Source: Candidatus Lloydbacteria bacterium (lineage in GTDB: Bacteria; Patescibacteriota; Minisyncoccia; Phycocordibacterales; 21-14-all-47-15). From it: a DNA stretch of 40,319 nucleotides. The notes beneath the pieces are model-generated. The model was given only the letters and a program-made list of their open reading frames with translations. It was not told the DNA's origin and did no database searches. The stretch is from NCBI GenBank assembly GCA_016214545.1, contig JACROH010000008.1, forward strand, positions 1-40,319. Reading direction: 5' to 3'. Position numbers and translations under genes: made by a program. This document shows, in pieces, positions 8,751 through 16,449 of this stretch (position 1 is its first letter; each line of letters starts with the position of its first letter).

Positions 8751-10283
8751 CTATTTTGTTACGAGTTTAAAGTTTTCAATTATGTCGTTTGGCGCGATTT
8801 CTACCTTTGACTCAACCATGACGCCGAATTCGTTTCCTTCCGAAACTTCTTTTGCCGGCGCTTTTGCCTGTTGAAGTTCGACGATTCTTCCGCGTCCGAT
8901 TTCGTGCTCTCGTCGCATTATTTTCACCTGGCTATTGTGTGATAGGGTGCCCGAAGCCACTCTTCCGCCGAGTACCTGCTTGTTTTTGTTTTGGCTGAAC
9001 ACGCGTACTATTTTTGCCGAACCGGTCGTTTCTTCGACTTCTATTCTCGGCCGGCGCTTTTCGGCTTCTAAGGCAAGCCACTTTGATAATTCGTAAATGA
9101 TGGTGAATGTTTTTGTTGTCACTCCGGTGCGCAGAGCAAGCGCTTGTGCGCGGTTGTCTATGGCGACATGGAATCCGACAATAATCGCGTGATGTTCGGT
9201 GCCGGCTTTGTCGGTAGAACCGATGGCGTTTTTAATATCGTTTTCGGAAATATCACCGATGCCTTCGTTTAAAATACGGAAACGAACTTCTTCGGTTGTG
9301 ATTTTTTCTATTTCTTTTCTGATTGCGGGTGTGGCGCCCAGGGCGTCTGTTTTTACAATAATCGGTATCGTGACCGACAGAGCTCCTTTTGAAGAAAGAG
9401 CCGTGCGGGGAGCGGCGGGAGCTTTTGTGCGCAAGCCTTCGCGGTGAGCGTTCACGGCCGCCTCCGCCGCCTTCTTAGAATCGAAAGCGGTAAACACACT
9501 TCCGGTTTTTGGTGATTTATCCCATCCGATAACGCAGACCGGAGAAGAAAATCGGGCTTCTTTTATTGATTTGCCCAAAAAATTTTCCATGATGCGCACC
9601 GGCGACAGGCTTTCTCCCGCGACGACGAACATGCCGGTACGGAGCGAGCCGTCTTTTATGATAAGCGTAGCAGAGACACCTTTTCTTGGGTCAATGTTTG
9701 ATTCAAGCACGATGCCCTCGGCGTTTTTTCCGGCGTCTCCGGTTAAGGTATTCATGTCTGCAACCAAAAGAATTGTTTCCAAAAGCTCCTCGATTCCTTC
9801 GCCCGTTTTTGACGAAAGAGAAACGATAGGAACGTCGCCGCCATATCCTTCAACAAAAATATTATTCTCGGCGAGAGTCTGCTTTGCTTTTTCAATGTTC
9901 GCATTCGGCTTGTCGATTTTGCTTAAGGCGACGAGGTAGGGGATGCCACTTGCCTGTATTGTCTTGTGCGCCTCAAGTGTCTGCGCTTTGACGCCGTCTT
10001 CGGCGGATACCACAAGAACGGCAATATCTGCCGCACAGACTCCGCACTCGCGCATGGAAGAAAAAGCCTCATGCCCCGGAGTGTCGAGGAAGGTTATGGC
10101 TCGTCCATTATGTGCCGCCTCGTATGCTGAAATATGCTGCGTAATGCCACCCGCTTCTCCCGCGACAATGTTCGTCTTTCTGATGTAATCAAGAAGCGAC
10201 GATTTCCCATGGTCAATATGCCCCATGACGACAATCACGGGCGGACGCGGGATACTATTTGGTTGTGTTGCAACCGTTTTCAT
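8751..10283 (-). CDS. infB: Translation initiation factor IF-2, short form (510 aa)
   Basis: G domain VMGHIDHGKSSLLD, DTPGHEAF and SKID, plus C-terminal IF-2 domains. The chosen start is the ATG at 10283 (MKTVATQPN). The longer ORF to 10700 overlaps the upstream gene and a terminator. Confidence 0.9.
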   Translation of the reverse strand: MKTVATQPNSIPRPPVIVVMGHIDHGKSSLLDYIRKTNIVAGEAGGITQHISAYEAAHNGRAITFLDTPGHEAFSSMRECGVCAADIAVLVVSAEDGVKAQTLEAHKTIQASGIPYLVALSKIDKPNANIEKAKQTLAENNIFVEGYGGDVPIVSLSSKTGEGIEELLETILLVADMNTLTGDAGKNAEGIVLESNIDPRKGVSATLIIKDGSLRTGMFVVAGESLSPVRIMENFLGKSIKEARFSSPVCVIGWDKSPKTGSVFTAFDSKKAAEAAVNAHREGLRTKAPAAPRTALSSKGALSVTIPIIVKTDALGATPAIRKEIEKITTEEVRFRILNEGIGDISENDIKNAIGSTDKAGTEHHAIIVGFHVAIDNRAQALALRTGVTTKTFTIIYELSKWLALEAEKRRPRIEVEETTGSAKIVRVFSQNKNKQVLGGRVASGTLSHNSQVKIMRREHEIGRGRIVELQQAKAPAKEVSEGNEFGVMVESKVEIAPNDIIENFKLVTK

Positions 10284-10327
10284 ACGAATCCTTATTTTAC
10301 AATATTTTTTCCAATTTTGCAAAAATG

Positions 10328-10362
10328 AAAGCCCCGAGAAGTTTTTGCTTACTCGGGGCTTT
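10328..10362 (-). terminator. Intrinsic terminator after the 10375-10857 gene
   Basis: aaagccccgag...ctcggggcttt stem. On the minus strand it is followed by cattttt. Confidence 0.65.
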
Positions 10363-10374
10363 GAAGGGGGGGCG

Positions 10375-10857
10375 TTATTTTTTATAAAAAGACGCCAATT
10401 TTTCAAATGCCGCTTTTTTCTCCTTACTGTTGGTCGGAGCGAGCTCCCAGACTTCGTATGCTTCAGTCGGAGTCTTTGCAAGATCGATCCACCTCTGAAG
10501 CGCTTTGTCGTAGAGGCTGCTTCCCTTCCTTGTGCGTTTCCACGCTTCTCGTATTTCTTTAGCCGTGGCGGAAAGTTCAATCCATTTCTCAAGAGCCCGA
10601 TACCGCTCTTCGGCTTGTTCCGACAGTGATAGTTGTTCCGACAATGATAGGGTAAAGACGGCTCGTGCGTCTTCAACCGTTGCGATGCTCCTGTCCCCAA
10701 GGCGGTATTTTATCTCGGCAACCGGAATTCCGGTGTCTTTGGACATTTTCTCCATATCAATCATGCCGGGGTTGATATTGGCCGCATAGGAATGAGCGGG
10801 AATTATAACGCCGATGAAAAGAAAGAAAGCAAAAGCGATGCCGGTTATATTTTTCAT
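10375..10857 (-). CDS. Secreted hypothetical protein with an internal ~30-aa repeat
   Basis: Signal peptide MKNITGIAFAFFLFIGVIIPAHSYA. Repeats: ALEKWIELSATAKEIREAWK and ALQRWIDLAKTPTEAYEVWE. Confidence 0.7.
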   Translation of the reverse strand: MKNITGIAFAFFLFIGVIIPAHSYAANINPGMIDMEKMSKDTGIPVAEIKYRLGDRSIATVEDARAVFTLSLSEQLSLSEQAEERYRALEKWIELSATAKEIREAWKRTRKGSSLYDKALQRWIDLAKTPTEAYEVWELAPTNSKEKKAAFEKLASFYKK

Positions 10858-10944
10858 GTGAGCCTCCGCAGAGAGAAAGGTTTTGTGACAACGTGCGACG
10901 AGAGAGAACTTGTGTTTGAGAGAATATTATCATATTATTGATGT

Positions 10945-12153
10945 ATGTCAAGGATTCGCGAAAATCGGAGGATTTATTTGGACAATGCCGCGGGCGCGCC
11001 GCTTGACGCGCGGGTTTTTCGGGCGATGAAGCCCTTTTTTATGGAGACGCAGGGGAATCCAAGTGCCGTTTATAAAGAAGGAGTGGAAGCAAAAAAGGCG
11101 ATTAAAGAAGCGCGTGCAAAAATCGCGCAAATAATTTTTGCGCATCCCGATGAAATTATTTTTACGAGCGGGGGGACCGAAGCAAACAACCTGGCGATTT
11201 TTGGCGTGGTTCGCGCGGCGCGGACGGCGGGATTAACGAAGCCGTATATCATTACAAGCGTGATAGAACATCCGTCGGTTTTGAACGCGTGTCGGGCGCT
11301 TGAAAAAAATGGCGAAGCGAAGGTGGATTATGTGGGCGTTGACGGAGAGGGTGTTGTGAATCTTTCGGAACTTAAAAAAGCACTTCGTACGGAAACGGTG
11401 CTTGTTTCAATTATGTATGCCAACAATGAAATCGGCACGATACAGCCGATTCGCGAAATTGCGAAAATCATCCGACAGCATCGCAAAAACTCTCAACCTT
11501 CAACCTCCAACTTTCAACTTTTATTTCACACTGATGCGTGCCAGGCGATGAATTATCTGGATACGCATGTTGAGCGGCTCGGTGTGGATTTGCTCACGTT
11601 TAATGGTTCAAAAATATATGGGCCGAAAGGAGTGGGGGTACTTTATAAAAAACGAAACGTGCCGCTTGTGCCGGTGCTCTATGGCGGCGCGCAGGAAAAA
11701 GGGCGGCGAAGCGGGACGGAAAATGTGCCGGCTATTGTCGGCATGGCGTATGCTCTTGAAATTGCGGAGAGAGAGAGAGAAAGGGAATCGACGCGGCAAA
11801 CGAAATTGCGTGATTATTTTATTTCAGAAATTAAAAAATATATCCCCGGCGCGGTATTAAACGGAAGCATGTCCGAGCGTTTGCCAAACAATATTAATGT
11901 TTCTTTTTTGAATATGGAAAGCCAGCTTATGGTGATAGAGCTTGACGCGAAAGGTATCGCTGTGTCGGCTAAAAGCGCCTGTTCAAGCGAAGATGAAGAT
12001 GCGTCGTATGTGGTCGCGGCGCTCGGCGGAGAAAAATGGCATGCCGATAATTCAGTGCGGTTTAGCCTCGGACGCGAGACAGCCAAAAAATATATGCAAA
12101 AAACAATTCGGGCTCTTCGGGAAATTATAAAAAAATACGGGTTGTTAAAATAA
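10945..12153 (+). CDS. Cysteine desulfurase (class V aminotransferase, NifS/IscS-like)
   Basis: IYLDNAAGAP, FTSGGTEANN, HTDACQA, the FNGSKIYGPKGVG PLP-lysine region, and SAKSACSS containing the active-site Cys. Confidence 0.9.
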   Translation: MSRIRENRRIYLDNAAGAPLDARVFRAMKPFFMETQGNPSAVYKEGVEAKKAIKEARAKIAQIIFAHPDEIIFTSGGTEANNLAIFGVVRAARTAGLTKPYIITSVIEHPSVLNACRALEKNGEAKVDYVGVDGEGVVNLSELKKALRTETVLVSIMYANNEIGTIQPIREIAKIIRQHRKNSQPSTSNFQLLFHTDACQAMNYLDTHVERLGVDLLTFNGSKIYGPKGVGVLYKKRNVPLVPVLYGGAQEKGRRSGTENVPAIVGMAYALEIAERERERESTRQTKLRDYFISEIKKYIPGAVLNGSMSERLPNNINVSFLNMESQLMVIELDAKGIAVSAKSACSSEDEDASYVVAALGGEKWHADNSVRFSLGRETAKKYMQKTIRALREIIKKYGLLK

Positions 12154-12220
12154 CATCGAAATGGTAGCTTACCAACAGTTTTTACTGTTGTTTGAAATTA
12201 TGTCACTATAGGAGGACAGC

Positions 12221-14029
12221 ATGCAAAATATTGATACGTCAAAAACAGAATGGAATCTATCTCCGCTCGGTGCGGGCGATAATGACCCGAAATTTTCCGA
12301 AAAACGCGAAGCGATTCACGCGGCAAATTATGCGTTCATCAACAAATGGAAAGACCGCGATGATTATCTGAAAGACCCCGCTGTGTTGAAAGAAGCGCTT
12401 GATGAATCCGAGGCGCTCACGCGAAAGTATGGGATTTCGGGAGATGAAGGATACTATTTCTCTCTTCGTGGCGCTCAAGATGAAGACAATACGGAACTGA
12501 AGGCCCGTGAATCAAAAATTCATGATTTCTCGCTTGCCATAGCGAATGGTATCCAGTTTTTCGGAATACGTGTGGCAAAGATACCGAAAGAAGAGCAGAA
12601 AAAATTTCTTGAGTATCCGCCGCTTGCGTCGTATCGGCACGATTTGGAACGAGCCTTTGCTAATGCCAAGTATCTTTTGACCGAACCGGAAGAAAAGATA
12701 CTGAACCTGACTGCGAAGCCGTCATCCGGCAATTGGGAAGATATGGTGTCGCGGTTTGTGTATCGTGAAGAACGGGAAACGCTCGGGGAAGACGGCGTCC
12801 GTACCCCGAAAAATTTCAATGAAATTTTGAGTTTGACGTCGAGCGTTCAAAAACCGGTGCGCGATGAAGCGGCAAGTCACATTCATGAAATTTTATCCAA
12901 GCATGCTGATGTTGCTGAAGCGGAAATAAATTCAATTCTTGAAACAAAAAAGATAAGCGACGACCTGCGCGGTGTTAAACGGCCTGATGAAAGCCGCCAT
13001 GTTTCCGATGACATTGATACGGAAGTGGTGGATGCATTGGTCAAAGCGGCAGGAGGTCAATTTGATATCGCACGGCGATACTATGCGCTCAAAGCGCGTT
13101 TGATGAATATTCCAAAACTTGCCTATCACGAACGCAATGTGCCGTATGCTTTTGTCGAGAAAAAGTATTCCTACCCTGATGCGGCAAAACTTGTCTACGA
13201 CGTTTTTTTGGAGTTGGACTCTCTATTCGCCGCCATCTTCAAACAATTTGTTGAAGAGGGCCTGATAGATGTTTTTCCGAAAAAAGGGAAAACGGGCGGC
13301 GCGTTTTGCGCGCATGTTCTTTTGTCCCAACCGACCTACATACTGCTCAACCATACGGAAAAACTGCACGACGTATTGACGCTTGCGCACGAATCGGGTC
13401 ATGGCATCAACAACGAACTGATACGGAAGAAACAGCATGCGTTCTATTTTGATACGCCGGTATCTACGGCCGAAGTCGCAAGCACCTTCATGGAAGATTT
13501 TGTGCTTGAACGGCTTACCAAAGATGCCGATGATGAGTTGCGTCTCTCGCTCATGCTTGCGAAATTAAACGATGACGTTTCAACCATTTTCCGCCAAATC
13601 GCGCTCTATCGGTTTGAACAGGAATTGCACGCGGCGTATCGCGAGAAAGGATATCTCTCAAAAGAAGAAATCGGCGTGTTGTTTCAAAAACACATGCACG
13701 CCTATATGGGAGATGCAGTGGAGCAATCGCCGGGCTCTGAAAACTGGTGGGTCTACTGGAGTCATATTCGCGATTTCTTCTATGTGTACTCATACGCGAG
13801 CGGGCTTTTGATATCAAAAGCTATGCAAGCGGCCGTGCGGAACGACAAGTCTTTCATAGAGAAAGTGAAAGAATTTCTCTCGGCCGGCACCTCCGATTCG
13901 CCGAAAAATATTTTTGCCAAGATGGGCATTGATATCACCAATGGCGCGTTTTGGGAAAGCGGTCTCAATGAAGTAAATCATCTGCTGGGAGAGACGGAAG
14001 CGCTCGCAAAGAAACTGGGGAAAATTTAA
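12221..14029 (+). CDS. pepF: Oligoendopeptidase F family (M3B metallopeptidase)
   Basis: 602 aa with the zinc motif HESGHGINNE and a downstream E. Length and layout are typical of PepF. SD aggagga. Confidence 0.9.
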   Translation: MQNIDTSKTEWNLSPLGAGDNDPKFSEKREAIHAANYAFINKWKDRDDYLKDPAVLKEALDESEALTRKYGISGDEGYYFSLRGAQDEDNTELKARESKIHDFSLAIANGIQFFGIRVAKIPKEEQKKFLEYPPLASYRHDLERAFANAKYLLTEPEEKILNLTAKPSSGNWEDMVSRFVYREERETLGEDGVRTPKNFNEILSLTSSVQKPVRDEAASHIHEILSKHADVAEAEINSILETKKISDDLRGVKRPDESRHVSDDIDTEVVDALVKAAGGQFDIARRYYALKARLMNIPKLAYHERNVPYAFVEKKYSYPDAAKLVYDVFLELDSLFAAIFKQFVEEGLIDVFPKKGKTGGAFCAHVLLSQPTYILLNHTEKLHDVLTLAHESGHGINNELIRKKQHAFYFDTPVSTAEVASTFMEDFVLERLTKDADDELRLSLMLAKLNDDVSTIFRQIALYRFEQELHAAYREKGYLSKEEIGVLFQKHMHAYMGDAVEQSPGSENWWVYWSHIRDFFYVYSYASGLLISKAMQAAVRNDKSFIEKVKEFLSAGTSDSPKNIFAKMGIDITNGAFWESGLNEVNHLLGETEALAKKLGKI

Positions 14030-14035
14030 AAGAAG

Positions 14036-14068
14036 AAAACCCCTTCAGACATGTCTGAAGGGGTTTTT
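14036..14068. terminator. Bidirectional intrinsic terminator
   Basis: Perfect palindrome aaaaccccttcagac-at-gtctgaaggggtttt. Confidence 0.8.
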
Positions 14069-14651
14069 ACGTCTTATCTTTTTTGGGCTCTTTTGGCTCC
14101 CAGGTGAGCCCATGTTTTTTCATCCACCATCTTTCGATGAAATGTTCCGCGCAATATTCCTCAAACGCTTCTTCGTTTTCGGTGAGCGGCACGCCGTCTA
14201 TGTATTGCAGTTTTCGCGGCGGTTCTTGCGGCGCTTCTTCTCTCCGTATAATCACTTTTCTGCGATTGGCCGGGACATCTGAAACAATAAAATTTATCAA
14301 ATCCTTCGTGGTGATTTCGATATCGGTTCCCATAAACGGCTCGAGGCGGTTCTCTCGGGAAAGAAGGGTAATGAACTCCCGTATTTCAGGAGATACCGTA
14401 ATCGCATTAAAGATAAGCAGTATGAATTGATTAAACTCCGTATCCGCTTTGACGTCTATTATGTCGTCGCTTTCGTCGGTCCAGTCTATAATGTAATCCA
14501 CAATAATTTTTACCGGAATGCGAATTTTTTCGTATCTTAGAAGAATACGAATCTTTTTCTCGTTCTTTATTTTATCAATGAAGTTTCTAATGTTCTGATT
14601 TTGAATGAGAACAAGAAGGATCAGTTTATTAAAGTCTCCCGATGCATCCAT
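14067..14651 (-). CDS. Orphan hypothetical protein (194 aa) with an internal duplication
   Basis: SD ggagga 7 nt upstream of the ATG at 14651. Two related segments: FNKLILLVLIQNQNIRNFIDKI and FNQFILLIFNAITVSPEIREFITLL. Basic/acidic C-terminal tail. Confidence 0.65.
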   Translation of the reverse strand: MDASGDFNKLILLVLIQNQNIRNFIDKIKNEKKIRILLRYEKIRIPVKIIVDYIIDWTDESDDIIDVKADTEFNQFILLIFNAITVSPEIREFITLLSRENRLEPFMGTDIEITTKDLINFIVSDVPANRRKVIIRREEAPQEPPRKLQYIDGVPLTENEEAFEEYCAEHFIERWWMKKHGLTWEPKEPKKDKT

Positions 14652-14859
14652 GACGCTTCCTCCCCGATGATGTCTGAATGTCAAAAAATGAATTACCGTA
14701 TGGAAAAATCAAACAACTGTCGAGCCCGGGCGCATACTCGCGCAGGCTGTTTACGGCTCCTAATGTTAGGTTATACATATTTCTCGCAAGAAGCAACCGC
14801 CCTGTGATATACTGGTGATATCTTTCTTTTTATCAACGAGTACTAATTCTTAAGCATCT

Positions 14860-15429
14860 ATGTACGAAAAAAAAGATTTTAAACATTTGCTCGGTGTTTC
14901 CGGGTTTTCCGACCTATTGCTCGAAAATCATTTTAAGCTCTACGAAGGGTATGTCGGGAATGTAAACACGCTTGCCCAAAAATTGGCGCAAGCGCAGGCG
15001 GGGACGCCCGAATACGCCGAACAAAAACGCCGTTTCGGGTGGGAATGGAACGGCATGCGGCTTCACGAGCTCTATTTTGAAAATATGACCAAAGATGCCG
15101 GCGCAACTCTTTCCGAAGGCAGCGCGTTGTACAAAAAGATTGTCTTGGATTTTGGCTCATACGAGGCGTGGGAAAACGATTTTAAGAATACGGGGGCTTT
15201 GCGGGGCATCGGTTGGGCGTTGCTTTCTTACGATAGACAAGGGAAGCGACTCTTTAATACGTGGGTGAATGAGCATGATACGGGCCATTTGGCGGGGGCG
15301 GAGCCGATTCTTATCATGGATGTCTTCGAGCATGCGTTTATGCTTGATTACGGGCTAAAGCGCCCCGACTACATCGCGGCATTCATGAAAGCGATACACT
15401 GGGACAAGGTCTCTGGGCGGTTTTCTTAA
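14860..15429 (+). CDS. Fe/Mn superoxide dismutase family protein (divergent)
   Basis: The C-terminal DVFEHAFMLDY...RPDYI..F...I.WD matches the SOD signature D-x-WEHAYYL. The mid-region H (RLHELYF) and N-terminal H-x-K...YV are present, but the HHxKHH string is degenerate. Confidence 0.8.
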   Translation: MYEKKDFKHLLGVSGFSDLLLENHFKLYEGYVGNVNTLAQKLAQAQAGTPEYAEQKRRFGWEWNGMRLHELYFENMTKDAGATLSEGSALYKKIVLDFGSYEAWENDFKNTGALRGIGWALLSYDRQGKRLFNTWVNEHDTGHLAGAEPILIMDVFEHAFMLDYGLKRPDYIAAFMKAIHWDKVSGRFS

Positions 15430-15458
15430 ACGGCAACCGAAGCCAGAGGCGTGGATAC

Positions 15459-15487
15459 TTGACTAATCTTTTATTATCCTTTATAAT
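15459..15487 (+). promoter_or_regulatory. Sigma70-like promoter for the protease-like gene
   Basis: TTGACT (15459-15464), a 17-nt spacer, then TATAAT (15482-15487). Confidence 0.5.
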
Positions 15488-15495
15488 AAAAACCA

Positions 15496-16380
15496 ATGGA
15501 AGAACTAAATAAAACACAAATTGTCTTGCTTACGCTGTTTGTAAGCTTTGTCACCTCCATCGCGACCGGCATCACGACCGTGACGCTTATGGACCAAGCG
15601 CCGCCCGCAATCACGCAGACGCTTAATCGCGTTGTGGAAAAAACGATTGAGCGGGTAATACAGCCGGCAAGCGTTATCACCAAAGAAGTCAAGGTGGTTG
15701 TTAAAGAGGAAGACTTGGTGGTAAAGGCGGTTGAAAAGAATACCTCTCGCCTTGCTTTTGTGACTGCGTTAAAAAATCTGCAAAGCGATGATGTGGCAAG
15801 CGCCGCCTCGGCAAAAGAGGGAATCGGATTTACTGTCTCAAGTGACGGATATGTGGTTGTCGATAGTGATTTTGCCAACACAAGCGCATCTTCATATCGT
15901 GTGCGGTTTGCCGATGGCCGGTCTTTTGATGCCGATGTTGCCACGACAAGCGATTCAATGACACTTCTCCTCCTTCGCCAAGATAAAACAGCGGATAAAA
16001 ATAAAACCGACGGGCAAAAAATTATTGATTCAGTAAAGCAAGTGGTCGGCCTTGAAACCAATCCTCAATTTGCTCCGGTTTCCTTTGGAGATATGGCGAC
16101 GATTAAATTGGGCCAAAGCGTCATCGCGCTCGGCGGCAAAACAGGCGGAGAAGTATCAACGGGCATTGTTTCTCGCGTGGATAAGACCGCATCCGCTATA
16201 GACGCCATATACACGAACATAAAACTATCTTCGGAAAGTTCAGGCGGGCCGCTCCTTAATACTGACGGAGAGGTAATAGGCATGAATATTGCACGAGATA
16301 ACCGCCAATTTAGCATTCCGGCAAGTGCGATTACGGCACTCCTGAACGCTTTTACGCAAGCGCCTCAGGCAAAGCCATAA
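15496..16380 (+). CDS. Membrane-anchored trypsin-like (HtrA/S1C-type) domain protein without a PDZ domain
   Basis: N-terminal TM IVLLTLFVSFVTSIATGITTV. S1-like strings: GIGFTVSSDGYVVV, VIALGG, GIVS and SSGGPLLNTDGEVIGMN. Confidence 0.8.
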   Translation: MEELNKTQIVLLTLFVSFVTSIATGITTVTLMDQAPPAITQTLNRVVEKTIERVIQPASVITKEVKVVVKEEDLVVKAVEKNTSRLAFVTALKNLQSDDVASAASAKEGIGFTVSSDGYVVVDSDFANTSASSYRVRFADGRSFDADVATTSDSMTLLLLRQDKTADKNKTDGQKIIDSVKQVVGLETNPQFAPVSFGDMATIKLGQSVIALGGKTGGEVSTGIVSRVDKTASAIDAIYTNIKLSSESSGGPLLNTDGEVIGMNIARDNRQFSIPASAITALLNAFTQAPQAKP

Positions 16381-16449
16381 TATTGACTAATCGCAATAAT
16401 CATGGCAATATATAGCGCATAGAGCTATAATTGTTTTTATCACCTATAT

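Noticed and set aside
10284-10700. 139-codon N-terminal extension of the infB ORF.
   Set aside because: It overlaps the upstream secreted-protein gene and its terminator. The peptide is basic and low-complexity. The ATG at 10283 gives a normal start just before the G domain.
11494-11790. Short tandem repeats inside the cysteine desulfurase gene, considered as phase-variation tracts: caac(c/t)t(t/c) x4 around 11494-11521 and (ga)6-7 around 11767-11782.
   Set aside because: They are in-frame and short, and they lie in a housekeeping gene, encoding a loop (QPSTSNFQL) and ERERERE. Nothing indicates a slippage switch.
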